From an uncultured Candidatus Rokubacteria bacterium (GTDB lineage: Bacteria > Methylomirabilota > Methylomirabilia > Rokubacteriales > DASRDR01), in assembly GCA_963805625.1 (NCBI GenBank), contig CAWDVE010000018.1, positions 32,001 through 96,000 of the forward strand: a DNA stretch of 64,000 bases, read 5' to 3'. A model generated the notes under the pieces. It was not told the DNA's origin. It made no database searches and saw only the letters and a list, made by a program, of their open reading frames with translations. This document shows, one piece after another, positions 38,689 to 49,014 of this stretch. A program made the translations under genes and the position numbers. Within the stretch, counting starts at the first letter, position 1. The number at the start of each line of letters is the position of its first letter.

Positions 38689-39593
38689 CGCCGCCGAGCG
38701 TGGACTCCGCGACCGTCCAGCCCGTCGCGCTCCCGCGCGCCCCGGCGGCCCTGGCGGGGCTCCGGACCCTCGGGCGCGGGCTCCTGCGTGTCACCGAGTC
38801 CCCGGCGGCGACCGTCGGCCTCGCGATCGTCCTCCTTTGGGTGCTGGCCGCGATCCTGGCGCCCCTCCTCTCCCCCTACGCGCCCAACGCGAACGACTTC
38901 GCGGCGCTGGCGAGTCCGACCCCTTCGCGCGCGCACTGGCTCGGAACCGACCACCTCGGCCGGGACATCGTCGCGCGGATCCTGTGGGGCGCTCGCACGG
39001 TGCTCACGGTCGCGCCGCTGGCCGTCCTCGGCGCGACCCTCCTCGGCGCGCTCCTCGGGCTTTCGGCCGGATACTACCGGGGCTGGGTGGACCTGATCAT
39101 CAGTCGCGCGGGCGACATCATCCTCACCTTCCCGGTCATCATCCTCTACATGATCGTCCTGGCGGCCTTCGGCTCCTCGGCGGGCAACATCATCGCGGTT
39201 CTCACGCTCACCAAGGCGCCGATCATCGCCCGGATCGTGCGCGGGCTCACGCTCGAGCTCCGCGAGCGCGAGTACGTGGCCGCCGCGAAGATGCGGGGCG
39301 AGTCGGCGCTCTACATCATGGTCGTCGAGATCCTGCCGAACGCCCGCGGGCCGCTCCTCGTCGACATGTGCCTTCGCATGGGCTACACGATCGTCCTCAT
39401 CGGGGTGCTCGGCTTCCTCGGCATCGGCCTGCCGCCGCCCGACCCCGACTGGGGCGGCATGGTCAAGGACACCTACGGCATGATGTCGGTCTGGCCGCAC
39501 ATGTCGCTCTTTCCCTGCGCGGCCATCTCCTCGCTCGTGATCGGCTTCAATCTCCTCGCGGTCGGCCTCCGGGAGATCGCGCTGCGTGACTGA
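38685..39593 (+). CDS. Peptide ABC permease (DppC-like)
   Basis: HWLGTDHLGRD, EYVAAAKMRGE, PDWGGM. Confidence 0.93.
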   Translation: MTPPSVDSATVQPVALPRAPAALAGLRTLGRGLLRVTESPAATVGLAIVLLWVLAAILAPLLSPYAPNANDFAALASPTPSRAHWLGTDHLGRDIVARILWGARTVLTVAPLAVLGATLLGALLGLSAGYYRGWVDLIISRAGDIILTFPVIILYMIVLAAFGSSAGNIIAVLTLTKAPIIARIVRGLTLELREREYVAAAKMRGESALYIMVVEILPNARGPLLVDMCLRMGYTIVLIGVLGFLGIGLPPPDPDWGGMVKDTYGMMSVWPHMSLFPCAAISSLVIGFNLLAVGLREIALRD

Positions 39594-41718
39594 GCCGGAG
39601 CGGGCCGCCGTGTCCCGCCGCCCCCGGCCGGCGACGGGCGGGGGGCCCGGAGCCGCGCCTGCCCCGCGACCGCCGCTCCTCGAGTTCCAGGACGTGCAGA
39701 TCTCGTACTTCCCCCGGGCCGGCGAGGTCACGGTCATCCCGGGGCTGAGCTTCACGCTCGGTCAGGGAGAAGCCCTCGGGCTGGTGGGGGAATCCGGCTG
39801 CGGCAAGTCCACAGTCGCGCTGAGCATCATGCGCTTCCTCGGGCGGACCGGACGCGTCACGAGCGGCCGGATCCTCTTCGAGGGCCAGAACCTGGCCACG
39901 ATGGACGAGGCTGCGATCCGCCGACTCCGCGGGCGGCGGATCGCGATGGTCTACCAGGATCCGATGGCCAGCCTGAATCCCGTGATGACCGTCGGCCGTC
40001 AGCTCATGGAAGTGCCCATGCTCCACGAGGGGATCGGCGCGACGGCCGCCCGCGAGCGCGCCCTCCGCATGCTGGAGGAGGTCAACCTGGCCGACCCCGC
40101 CGGCGTCTTCCGACGCTACCCGCACCAGCTCTCGGGGGGACAGCAGCAGCGGATCGTGATCGCGATGGCCCTCATCGCGGAGCCCGCGTTGCTCGTCATG
40201 GACGAGCCCACGACCGGGCTGGACGTCACCGTGGAGGCGGCCGTTCTCGACCTCGTCCGCGCGCTCCGTCAGCGGCACAACTCAGCGATCCTCTACATCA
40301 GCCACAACCTCGGCACGGTGGCCCGCGTCTGCGACCGTGTCGGCGTGATGTACGGCGGCGAGCTGGTCGAGGAGGGCGCCCTCCGCCACGTCTTCGCGAA
40401 CCCGCGCCACCCCTACACGCGAGGCCTCCTCGACTGCCTGCCGACGCTCGGCCGCGACAAGCGCGGCGCCCCGCTCACGCCGATTCCCGGGCAGGTCGGC
40501 TCGCTGCGCGAGCGCCCGATCGGCTGCGGGTTCGCCAGCCGGTGCGTGCACGCCGACCCGGGCCGGTGCCTGACCGCGCCCATCGCCCTGTCCGACGTCC
40601 CCGGGGACGAGCGACACCGCGTCCGGTGCGTCCGGGCGGGCGAGCTCTCATCGTGGGCGCGCCGGGAGGCCATCGCGGGCACGCCCGACGGCGCGGCCGC
40701 CAGGCCGGCCACGCTGGTCGTCGACCGCCTCCGCAAGGTCTACCGGCCACGGAAGGGCTGGCTCGGGATGCGGCGAGGGTCCGTGCGGGCGCTCAACGAG
40801 GTCGATCTCCAGGCGACGAAGGCCCGGACTCTCGCCATCGTCGGCGAGTCGGGCTCGGGGAAATCGACCCTCGCCCGGGTGTTGAGCGGGCTCGAGACCG
40901 CCACCGGGGGCCAGGTCCACCTGGGCGACACGGAGGTGGGTGCCATCTCGATCGACCGGCGCTCGGGCGCGCTGCGCCGAAAACTCCAGATGGTCTTCCA
41001 GAACCCGGACAGCACGCTCAACCCGAGTCACACGGTGGGCTACTCGATCGGTCGCGCCCTCCGCCGGCTGCGCCATCTCTCGCGCGAGGCCACCCGGCAG
41101 GAGGTCGCCCATCTCCTCGAGGTCGTCAAGCTGCCGGCAGAGCTGGCCGGACGGAAGCCCCACCAGCTGTCAGGTGGCCAGAAGCAGCGCGTCGCCATCG
41201 CGCGGGCGCTCGCCGGCGACCCGGACGTCATGGTCGCCGACGAGCCCGTCTCCGCGCTCGACGTGTCCGTGCAGGCGGCGATCGTCAACCTGCTGAGCGA
41301 GCTCCAGGCCAGCCGCGAATCCACGCTCGTGTTCATCTCCCACGACCTCGCCGTGGTGCGCTATCTCGCCGACCACGTCGCGGTGATGTATCTCGGCAAG
41401 GTCGTCGAGTTCGGTCCCGTGGAAGCCGTGTTTTCCCCACCCCACCACCCCTACACCGAGGCGCTCCTGTCCGCCGTGCCGGTGCCGGATCCGGATGACC
41501 AGCGCCCGCGCATCCTACTGGAAGGCGCCCTCCCGAGCGCCACCGCGGTGCAGCGCGGCTGTCCCTTCAGCACGCGCTGCCCGCGCCGGGTGGGCCCGAT
41601 CTGCGACGATTCGCCGCCTCCCGAGCAGAGTCTCCCCGACGGGCACCGGATCGCCTGCCACATCCCTCTCGAGGAGCTCACCCGGCTCCACCACGCGGGC
41701 CTGCCGGTCCCGCCCTGA
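39586..41718 (+). CDS. Dual-domain peptide ABC ATPase (DppD/F fusion)
   Basis: Two Walker A motifs (GESGCGKST, GESGSGKST), two LSGGQ, two HPYT domains. Confidence 0.95.
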   Translation: MTEPERAAVSRRPRPATGGGPGAAPAPRPPLLEFQDVQISYFPRAGEVTVIPGLSFTLGQGEALGLVGESGCGKSTVALSIMRFLGRTGRVTSGRILFEGQNLATMDEAAIRRLRGRRIAMVYQDPMASLNPVMTVGRQLMEVPMLHEGIGATAARERALRMLEEVNLADPAGVFRRYPHQLSGGQQQRIVIAMALIAEPALLVMDEPTTGLDVTVEAAVLDLVRALRQRHNSAILYISHNLGTVARVCDRVGVMYGGELVEEGALRHVFANPRHPYTRGLLDCLPTLGRDKRGAPLTPIPGQVGSLRERPIGCGFASRCVHADPGRCLTAPIALSDVPGDERHRVRCVRAGELSSWARREAIAGTPDGAAARPATLVVDRLRKVYRPRKGWLGMRRGSVRALNEVDLQATKARTLAIVGESGSGKSTLARVLSGLETATGGQVHLGDTEVGAISIDRRSGALRRKLQMVFQNPDSTLNPSHTVGYSIGRALRRLRHLSREATRQEVAHLLEVVKLPAELAGRKPHQLSGGQKQRVAIARALAGDPDVMVADEPVSALDVSVQAAIVNLLSELQASRESTLVFISHDLAVVRYLADHVAVMYLGKVVEFGPVEAVFSPPHHPYTEALLSAVPVPDPDDQRPRILLEGALPSATAVQRGCPFSTRCPRRVGPICDDSPPPEQSLPDGHRIACHIPLEELTRLHHAGLPVPP

Positions 41719-41755
41719 GGGGCGAAAACCCCGGCGCGATCCGGGCCGCGCCGGC

Positions 41756-41893
41756 TCAGGGACGCCACAGCACGCGGCCAGCTCGCGCTCCTGTATGCCG
41801 CCCGTCCCGGATCGTCATCTCCCCGGCGACGAGGACGTGCTCGATGCCGGCCGGGAAGCGGTGCGGGTCGGCGTACGTGGCAAGATCCTGCAC
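41756..41893 (-). pseudogene. D-aminoacylase-family C-terminal remnant
   Basis: DLATYADPHRFPAGIEHVLVAGEMTIRDGRHTGARAGRVL then stop. Confidence 0.75.
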
Positions 41894-41895
41894 GC

Positions 41896-42087
41896 CACTT
41901 CCGCGCCGAATTCGAGAAAATCGCCGCCGAGATCCTCTACGTCGCGCCGCCCGATGTGTACTCCAGCGTGCCGTTCACGCGCATCGTGCGCCCCAAGTGG
42001 CCGCTCGATCCGGATGCCTTCGCCGACCTCGAGGCGGCGGGCCTGCTGCCGGCGAGCGACGAGAGCGCGCGCCCCGGGCCGCGGTGA
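41896..42087 (+). pseudogene. MlrC/M81 peptidase C-terminal remnant
   Basis: HFRAEFEKIAAEI...FTRIVRPKWPLD then stop. Confidence 0.7.
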
Positions 42088-42354
42088 CTCACCTCGGTCC
42101 TCCCGGGGCACTCGGCGACGGCCGGTCGTCCGGTCACTTCCGCGCCGGTCAGGGTCGCTCTTCCCTGGCGCCCTGCCGCACTTGGCCGAGCTGGCCTAGG
42201 CGCGAAACGCTGGCGCGGGCGGTCGACTGAGACCGGACGAGGCGCCGGTAGACCGGCCGGCGCGGATCCGCGGCGCGCCAGCGGTCCCCAAGAATGGCTC
42301 AGGGGCCTCCCGTCGAGGCCCCTGAGGGTGTCCCGCCCGCCGCGCGGGCGGCGG

Positions 42355-44034
42355 CTACGCGCTGATCGCGAGCTGGTTAGCGAAGATGTAGCCGGTCGGG
42401 TGCATCCGGAAGCCCTGCACACGCTTGTCCTGGAACGTGAAGAGCGCGCGCCACACCGGCTGGATGATCGGACCGTCGTCCTGCAGGATCGCCTCGAGCT
42501 TCGCCATGAGCTCCCGGCGCTGCCCCACGTCGAGCGTGCCCTCAGCCTGCGCGAGCAGACTGTCGAAGTCCTTGTTGGAGTAGTTCGCCTCGTTCCACGG
42601 CACACCGGTTCGGTAGGCCAGCGCGAGGCTCATGACTCCGAGTGGCCGGTGGGCCCATGTCGTGAAGCCGAAGGGCACCTTCGTCCACACTTCCCAGTAC
42701 TGGGTCGACGGCATGACGTTGATCTTGACCCGAATGCCGGCTTCCTTCCACTGCTCGACCATCGTCTGGACGGCCACAAGCTCCCAGGCAGGCTGGGGGC
42801 GGCACGCCAACTCGACATCGATCCCGTTCGGATGGCCGGCGTCGGCGAGCAGTTTCTTCGCCTTCGTAACGTCCCGCTGGAACGCCGGGAGCTTCGCGTA
42901 CTCCGGGTGGACCGGGCTCACATGGTGGTGCTCACCCGGCTGCCCGAGGCCGCGATGCGAGACCTGGAGGACCGCGTTCGCATCGATCGCGTACCGCATC
43001 GCCTGGCGCACGCGCTTGTCGTCGAACGGCTTGACTGGGTGCATGCGCGCGGTCGCAGTGTACGCCGTGGTGACCTGGTAGAGCTGGAGGTGGGGCAGCT
43101 TCTGGAGCGTCTCGAGCTGGACGATGTCGGCGAGGTACAGCCCGTCCACCTGTTTCCCCGCCAGCGCGCTGACCGCGGCGGCCGGATCGTCCCCGAGGTC
43201 GATGAACTCGAGCGTGTCGAGGTAGGGTCCCCCGCCCCAGTATCCGGGCTTGGCCTTGAAGACCTGCTTCCGCCCGACTTCGTTCTCGACCATGGTGAAG
43301 GCGCCGGTGCCGTTCGAACCCACTTTGAACTCGCCATTCTCGGCGGGATCCAGGATCAGCAGCGGGTAGTGGAAGAGATGCTCGGGGATGGCGAGCTGCG
43401 GGGTCCGACCGTTCAGGCGCACGGTGAAGTCGTCGACCTTCTGGATGGCGTTGGCGTCCCAGAGGCGGGTGGACTTCTTCGCGTTGCCCTTGTCGTCCTT
43501 CTCGCCGGTCTCGTACTCCTCGAGGATGAACCCCTTCATGAGGCCGACCACGGACGACCCCGTCTTGGCGTCGAGGACGCGCTTGAGGTTCCAGACGGCG
43601 TCGTCGGCCGTGAACGCCCGGCCGCTGTGCCACTTGACGTTTCGCCGGAGGCGGAGCGTCCACGTCTTGAGGTCGGGGCTGGCCTCCCACTTCTCGACGA
43701 GACCCGGGCGCGTGATGTTGTCCACCCCCGTGACGGCCAGGTAGTCGCACACCTGCCGCGCCGCGTTCGCCGACTCGATCCAGCTGTAGGTGTGGGGGCT
43801 CTTGAGATCCTGGCACCGCATGCCGAGCCGGAGGGTCCCACCTTTCGGCAGCGTCTGGGCCTCGGCGGCCGGCAGGAGCCGCTCCCCCGTGACCTTGCCC
43901 GCGAACGCGTAGGCCGCCCCCGCGGACATGCCGAGGAGGGTCGCGGTCCTGAGAAACTCGCGGCGGTCAAGCGTGCGCTCCGCGAGCTGCCGCTTGAGCG
44001 TGGGGATGTACGGGTGCTCTCGGCTGTCTGCCAT
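42355..44034 (-). CDS. Family-5 ABC substrate-binding protein, Tat-type leader
   Basis: DRREFLR, LRRNVKWHSGRAFTADD, GTGAF. Confidence 0.93.
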   Translation of the reverse strand: MADSREHPYIPTLKRQLAERTLDRREFLRTATLLGMSAGAAYAFAGKVTGERLLPAAEAQTLPKGGTLRLGMRCQDLKSPHTYSWIESANAARQVCDYLAVTGVDNITRPGLVEKWEASPDLKTWTLRLRRNVKWHSGRAFTADDAVWNLKRVLDAKTGSSVVGLMKGFILEEYETGEKDDKGNAKKSTRLWDANAIQKVDDFTVRLNGRTPQLAIPEHLFHYPLLILDPAENGEFKVGSNGTGAFTMVENEVGRKQVFKAKPGYWGGGPYLDTLEFIDLGDDPAAAVSALAGKQVDGLYLADIVQLETLQKLPHLQLYQVTTAYTATARMHPVKPFDDKRVRQAMRYAIDANAVLQVSHRGLGQPGEHHHVSPVHPEYAKLPAFQRDVTKAKKLLADAGHPNGIDVELACRPQPAWELVAVQTMVEQWKEAGIRVKINVMPSTQYWEVWTKVPFGFTTWAHRPLGVMSLALAYRTGVPWNEANYSNKDFDSLLAQAEGTLDVGQRRELMAKLEAILQDDGPIIQPVWRALFTFQDKRVQGFRMHPTGYIFANQLAISA

Positions 44035-44201
44035 CGTCGGATCCTCCCTGGTGCGGTCTGGTGCGGAAGGTCAGGGCATGGGGACAGGAAAGTTGCGCGC
44101 CCGCCCATGCGGCGACCTGAGCGCTCCCATCTCAGCGCGTCGGGTCGAGCTTGTCAAGGCAGCCGTGGCATGATACACGGACGGGCCATAGGGAGGTCGA
44201 C

Positions 44202-45767
44202 ATGACACACGAGCGAGTCTCTCGCCGAGCGTTCCTGGCCGGGACCACCGCCGCCGGGCTCACCCTGGCCGCGACGCGCGGGCGGCCGGCCGAGGCGGCC
44301 GATCCGAAGGTCCTCAAGGTCCGGTCGTACTATCAGCTCGAGATCCTGGACCCAGCGTTCCAGATTTCCGCGTCCGACGGGGACATCATCGACACGATCC
44401 TCCTGGGGCTGGTGGGCACGAAGCCCGGTGAGACCTGGGGCTGGGAGCGGGACGCCGCGCTGTCGATCGAGCAGGTCGACCCGACCCACATCAAGTTCCA
44501 GCTCCGCCCCGGCCTCGGCTGGACCGGGGGGTTCGGCGAGGTCACCGCCGAGGACGTCAAGTTCTCCTACGAGCGGATCGCCAACCCCGCCATGAAGTCT
44601 CCCTACCGCGGGGACTGGGCGAAGCTCGACCAGGTGCAGGTCACGGGGACCCAAAGCGGGGTCATCACGCTCAAGGAGCCATTCATCCCGCTCTGGACGA
44701 CAACCTTGCCGACGGCCTCCTCGGCGATCGTGTGCAAGAAAGCCGTCGAGCGCATGGACGGCCAGCGCTTCACGATGGACCCGGGTGCGGTCTGCGGGCC
44801 CTACCGAATCCGGAAGTGGGAGCCTCGCCAGTCGATCACGCTCGAGCGCAACCCCCAGTGGACCGGCCCCCCGCCCGCCTTCGACGAGATCCAGGCGATC
44901 GGCATCGTCGACGCCAACGCGGCGGAGATCGCCTACGAGGCCGGCCAGATCGACGTGACCCAGGTGCCTATGACCTCGGTGCCGCGCCTGCGGGGTAAGA
45001 TACCCGCCAACTCGTCGCTCGTCGCCCGCCCGGGACTCACCTACTGGTGGCTCGGCATGCAGAGCGAGTCCGGAATCTTCTCGGACATCCGGGTGCGCAA
45101 GGCGGTCCAGCTGGCGGTCGATGTCCAGGCGGTCCTGGACGGCGCCTTCTTCGGCGTGGCAACGCGGTCCACCGGCATCATCGCGCCCGGCCTGGTCGGT
45201 CACCGGGAGAAGAACCTCGTGGCCGGACCGGATCTCGAGGGCGCGCGAAAGCTGCTGGCCGAGGCTGGCCACTCCCGGGGCTTCAAGACCGAGATCGGCG
45301 CCCGCAACACGCCAGAGTTCATCAACGCGGCGCAGGTGATCGCCGCTAGCCTGGCCAAGGTCGGGATCCAGGCGGAGGTGGTGCCGTTCGACACCGGGGT
45401 GCAGAAGGCAATGGCCTCCGACAAGGCCGGCGGTTGGAAGAAGATGCAGATGCACATTCAGCGCTTCTCGATGCGACCGGACCCGAGCTGGGCGACGGTC
45501 TGGTTCACCTCGGCGCAGATCGGCGAATGGAACTTCGAGCGCATCAGCAACCCGGAGTTCGACCAGCTCCACGAGAAGGCGCTCGCCGAGGTGGATCCCG
45601 CCAAGCGGAATGCCATGTACGTCCGGATGCAGGACCTCATGGAGCAGTCGGGGGCCTACGTATTCCTGACCCACGGGATCAATGCGCTTCTCTACCGGAA
45701 CCACCTCAAGCCGTCCTTCACGCCCGACGGGAACCGGATGGTGCTCCGCAAGTTCCAGCTCGCCTGA
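44202..45767 (+). CDS. Family-5 ABC substrate-binding protein, Tat signal
   Basis: GGAGG RBS, SRRAFL, GEVTAEDVKFSYER. Confidence 0.93.
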   Translation: MTHERVSRRAFLAGTTAAGLTLAATRGRPAEAADPKVLKVRSYYQLEILDPAFQISASDGDIIDTILLGLVGTKPGETWGWERDAALSIEQVDPTHIKFQLRPGLGWTGGFGEVTAEDVKFSYERIANPAMKSPYRGDWAKLDQVQVTGTQSGVITLKEPFIPLWTTTLPTASSAIVCKKAVERMDGQRFTMDPGAVCGPYRIRKWEPRQSITLERNPQWTGPPPAFDEIQAIGIVDANAAEIAYEAGQIDVTQVPMTSVPRLRGKIPANSSLVARPGLTYWWLGMQSESGIFSDIRVRKAVQLAVDVQAVLDGAFFGVATRSTGIIAPGLVGHREKNLVAGPDLEGARKLLAEAGHSRGFKTEIGARNTPEFINAAQVIAASLAKVGIQAEVVPFDTGVQKAMASDKAGGWKKMQMHIQRFSMRPDPSWATVWFTSAQIGEWNFERISNPEFDQLHEKALAEVDPAKRNAMYVRMQDLMEQSGAYVFLTHGINALLYRNHLKPSFTPDGNRMVLRKFQLA

Positions 45768-45774
45768 CGGGGCG

Positions 45775-46638
45775 ATGCCGGCAGGCCCCCCGCCGCCCCG
45801 GGCTGGTCCGGCATTCCGCCGGCTCCTGCGGGATCCCCTCGGCGCCCTGGGTGTGGCGCTGGTCGCGCTCGTCGTCGCCGGTGCCGTGCTGGCCGGAGCG
45901 CTGAGCGGGGCGGACCCGACGGCGCTCGACCTGCCGGCCCGACAGCTAGGGCCGAGCTGGGCGCACCCCCTCGGGACCGACCATCTCGGGCGCGACCTCT
46001 TCGCGCGCGTGCTCCACGGCGGGCAGGTCGCCCTCGAGGTCTCGGGCGTCTCGGTGGGGTTGTCGCTCGCGGTCGGTCTTGTCCTCGGTATGCTCGCCGG
46101 CTACGGCCCACCCTGGCTCGACAACACGCTGGTGCTGGCCTTCGACGCGGTGCGCTCGTTCCCGACCATCATGTTCGCCCTGGCGCTCGTCACGCTGCTC
46201 GGGCCGAGCATCTTCACGATCGTGGTGATCGTCGTGATCACGTCCTTCCCGGTCTACGGCCGGGTCGTCCGAACCCAGACCCAGTCGCTCAAGACCCACG
46301 AGTTCGTCCTCGCCGAGCGGGCCCTGGGGGCGCGCCTCGGCCGGGTGCTTGGGCGGCACATCCTTCCGAACGTGGTGGGCCCCGTGCTCATCCTGGCCAG
46401 CATGGAGATCCCGGTCGTGGTCACGATCGAGGCTGGCCTCTCGTTCCTGGGGGTGGGGATCCGGCCGCCGACGCCGAGCTGGGGCTCGATCCTGAACGAC
46501 GGCTACACGTTCATTCGCGACACGCCATGGCCCGTCCTCGCCGCGGGGCTGCCGCTCGTGGTAACGACGCTCGGATTCACGTTCCTGGGCGAGGCCTTGC
46601 GCGACCTCTTCGACCCCACCCTCCGCCACGAGCGCTGA
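45775..46638 (+). CDS. Peptide ABC permease (DppC-like)
   Basis: HPLGTDHLGRD, LSFLGVG, PSWG. Confidence 0.93.
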   Translation: MPAGPPPPRAGPAFRRLLRDPLGALGVALVALVVAGAVLAGALSGADPTALDLPARQLGPSWAHPLGTDHLGRDLFARVLHGGQVALEVSGVSVGLSLAVGLVLGMLAGYGPPWLDNTLVLAFDAVRSFPTIMFALALVTLLGPSIFTIVVIVVITSFPVYGRVVRTQTQSLKTHEFVLAERALGARLGRVLGRHILPNVVGPVLILASMEIPVVVTIEAGLSFLGVGIRPPTPSWGSILNDGYTFIRDTPWPVLAAGLPLVVTTLGFTFLGEALRDLFDPTLRHER

Positions 46639-46670
46639 ACGGCGCTCGGTCCCGCGCCGGCGGGCGCCGA

Positions 46671-46751
46671 TCACGCCTCGTACTTGAAGGACACCTGCAC
46701 GTGGGCTCGACGGGCGACGATCTTCACGCTGTCGATCTGCACGTCGAGCTT
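46671..46751 (-). pseudogene. Dodecin 3' remnant
   Basis: KLDVQIDSVKIVARRAHVQVSFKYEA, colinear with 55660-55740; in-frame TAG immediately upstream. Confidence 0.8.
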
Positions 46752-46778
46752 CTAGACTGTGAGTGTTCGCGCGCGGGC

Positions 46779-47723
46779 TCAGAGTCGCTCGCGGAGGCGC
46801 GGGTCGAGGACCGCCACCGTGAGGTCCGCCGCGAGGGTCGAAAGGACAAATAGCGCGGTGGTGACCAGGACGGTCCCCATGACCACCGGGTAGTTCCGGC
46901 TGATCACGCCATCGTAGACCAGCCGCCCGAGACCCGGACGCGCGAAGACGATCTCCGCGAACACCGCGCCCGAGAGCAGCCGCCCGATCCCGACCCCCAG
47001 CAGCGCGACCGTCGGCAGGATCGCGAGGCGCAGTGCGTAGCGATACACGATGCGACGCTCCGGGAGTCCCAACGCACGCGCCGCCCGGATGTGGTTCTCC
47101 CCCAGGACTTCGATCATCGACGCTCGGACCAGCCGAGCGAGGAAGCCCACCCAGCCGAGCCCGATCGCCAGCGAAGGCAGCACGAGATGCCAGAGCTGGT
47201 CGGCAACGTCTCCGGAGCGGCCCGCGCCGATTGCCGGGAACCACTTGAGCCACACGGCGAAGACGAGCAGCGAGTAGATCGCCACGATGAATGACGGGAG
47301 GGCGATCGCGCTGACTGACAGGACGCCTGTGGCGCGGTCGACCCAGCTCCCGCGATGCGCGGCCGAGAAGCACCCGAGCGGAATCCCGACCAGCAGGGCC
47401 CAGCCGATCCCCAGGGTCGTAAGGGCCGCGGTGGACGGGAGCGCCCGCCACACCAGGCTCGCCACGCTCTGCCGCGACCAGATGTCCGTGCCGAGGTCCC
47501 CACGGAGGACGCTCCCCACAAACCGGGCGAACTGCACGGGCAGCGGCCGGTCAAGGCCCATGCGCACGCGGAACTCTTCCCGCATCTCCGGCGTCGCCCG
47601 GGGCCCGAGCGCCACGCTCGCCGGATCGCCTGGCACGAGGTGGACGGCGGAGAACAGGATCGCCATGGCGACGCCCACGATGACGATCGCCAGGGCCAGG
47701 CGGCGAGCCAGGTAGCGTGTCAC
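46779..47723 (-). CDS. Peptide ABC permease (DppB-like)
   Basis: PGDPA, GDLG, HIRAARALGL, RNYPVVMG. Confidence 0.93.
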   Translation of the reverse strand: MTRYLARRLALAIVIVGVAMAILFSAVHLVPGDPASVALGPRATPEMREEFRVRMGLDRPLPVQFARFVGSVLRGDLGTDIWSRQSVASLVWRALPSTAALTTLGIGWALLVGIPLGCFSAAHRGSWVDRATGVLSVSAIALPSFIVAIYSLLVFAVWLKWFPAIGAGRSGDVADQLWHLVLPSLAIGLGWVGFLARLVRASMIEVLGENHIRAARALGLPERRIVYRYALRLAILPTVALLGVGIGRLLSGAVFAEIVFARPGLGRLVYDGVISRNYPVVMGTVLVTTALFVLSTLAADLTVAVLDPRLRERL

Positions 47724-47770
47724 GATGGCACCTCGCGCGACCACGACGATACGCCGGCTACCCGAGTCCC

Positions 47771-47842
47771 GACAAGCCGGTATAATGCGGCGGCGTGACC
47801 ATCGTGGCCACGTCCCCGTGGGCGATCCAGCCGGTTGACTCG
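47771..47842 (+). pseudogene. Copy of the CocE promoter and first ~16 codons
   Basis: GACAAGCCGGTATAAT...GTGACCATCGTGGC matches 56019-56056; MTIVATSPWAIQ versus MTIVATFPRAIQ. Confidence 0.8.
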
Positions 47843-48016
47843 CGGGGCTCGGCCGCAACTGCCCGACCGCCGTTTGGTGGATCGCCACCCCAGGGACTGG
47901 CCATCCTACTCGGCACGCTCGACATCGCACTCCTCGGCGATCGCTTTCGCCGCGGCTGATGGTCGCGCCGCGAGAAACGGGGCCCAACTAGACCCGCTGA
48001 GAGAACAGAGGTCGAA

Positions 48017-49003
48017 ATGCCTACACGGAGCGTGACAGACAGGCTGCGGGCCGGCGAGGTGCTGCTCATGGACGGGGGCACCGGCTCGGAGCTACAGCGT
48101 CGAGGCGTCGAGGTCCTCTTGGGCTCGCGCGGTGACAAGCTCGGGCCCTGGTCCGCGACCGCCAACCTGGACGCGCCGGACGTGGTCCAGCAGGTCCACC
48201 AGGACTACCTACGGGTCGGGGCCGACATCATCATCAGCAACAACTTCCGGACCACCCGCACCCGGCTGGCTCCCGTGGGGCTCGGTGAGCGCTGGAAGGA
48301 CTACGCCGAGGCCGGGGGACGCCTCGCCGTGCGGGCGCGAAACGCCATCAATCCCGAGGCCTACGTGGCGGGCGGGATGGCGGCCCCCGGGCTGGGCATG
48401 CTGAACGACCGCGCCGAGACCGATGTCGCGATCATGGGCGAGCAGGAATATCGCCGGGAGTTCGCCGAGCACTCGAAGGTCCTCGCGGCGACCGGTGTGG
48501 ACGTGATGTTGCCAGAGTTCGTCAACTACATCGCGGACTGCGTGGCGGCGGTGGATGCCTGTGTCGAGGCGGGCCGCCCCGTGTGGCTGGGCGTCCCCAT
48601 GGTCACGACCGACGGCATCACGCGGAACGGCGAGACCATGGAGGATCTGGCGAGGGCGCTGCGGGGGCATCCCGTCGAGGCCATCCTGCTCATGTGCAGC
48701 CGTCCGGAGGGCGTCAGCGCCACCCTGCCTCGCCTGCGTCAGGCCTTCGACGGGGCGATCGGCGCCTACCCCAACGTCGGCTACAACCCGATGGCCCCCG
48801 TCGGCGGTCGCGTGCACCTCGGCCCGGACATCATTTCGGCTCAGGCCCACAGCCCGTCGCGGCTGGCGGAGCTCGCCCAGGAGTGGATCGAGATGGGCGC
48901 CCAGATCGTCGGGGGCTGCTGCGCCACCGGCCCCGAGCACATCATGGCCATGAAGGTCGTGGTCGACGGCGTCCGGCGTTCGAAGCGCGAGCCTGTCGGC
49001 TGA
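48017..49003 (+). CDS. Homocysteine S-methyltransferase family protein
   Basis: DGGTGSEL, GADII, MCS, GGCCATGPEHI. Confidence 0.92.
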   Translation: MPTRSVTDRLRAGEVLLMDGGTGSELQRRGVEVLLGSRGDKLGPWSATANLDAPDVVQQVHQDYLRVGADIIISNNFRTTRTRLAPVGLGERWKDYAEAGGRLAVRARNAINPEAYVAGGMAAPGLGMLNDRAETDVAIMGEQEYRREFAEHSKVLAATGVDVMLPEFVNYIADCVAAVDACVEAGRPVWLGVPMVTTDGITRNGETMEDLARALRGHPVEAILLMCSRPEGVSATLPRLRQAFDGAIGAYPNVGYNPMAPVGGRVHLGPDIISAQAHSPSRLAELAQEWIEMGAQIVGGCCATGPEHIMAMKVVVDGVRRSKREPVG

Positions 49004-49014
49004 CGATCCCGGCC

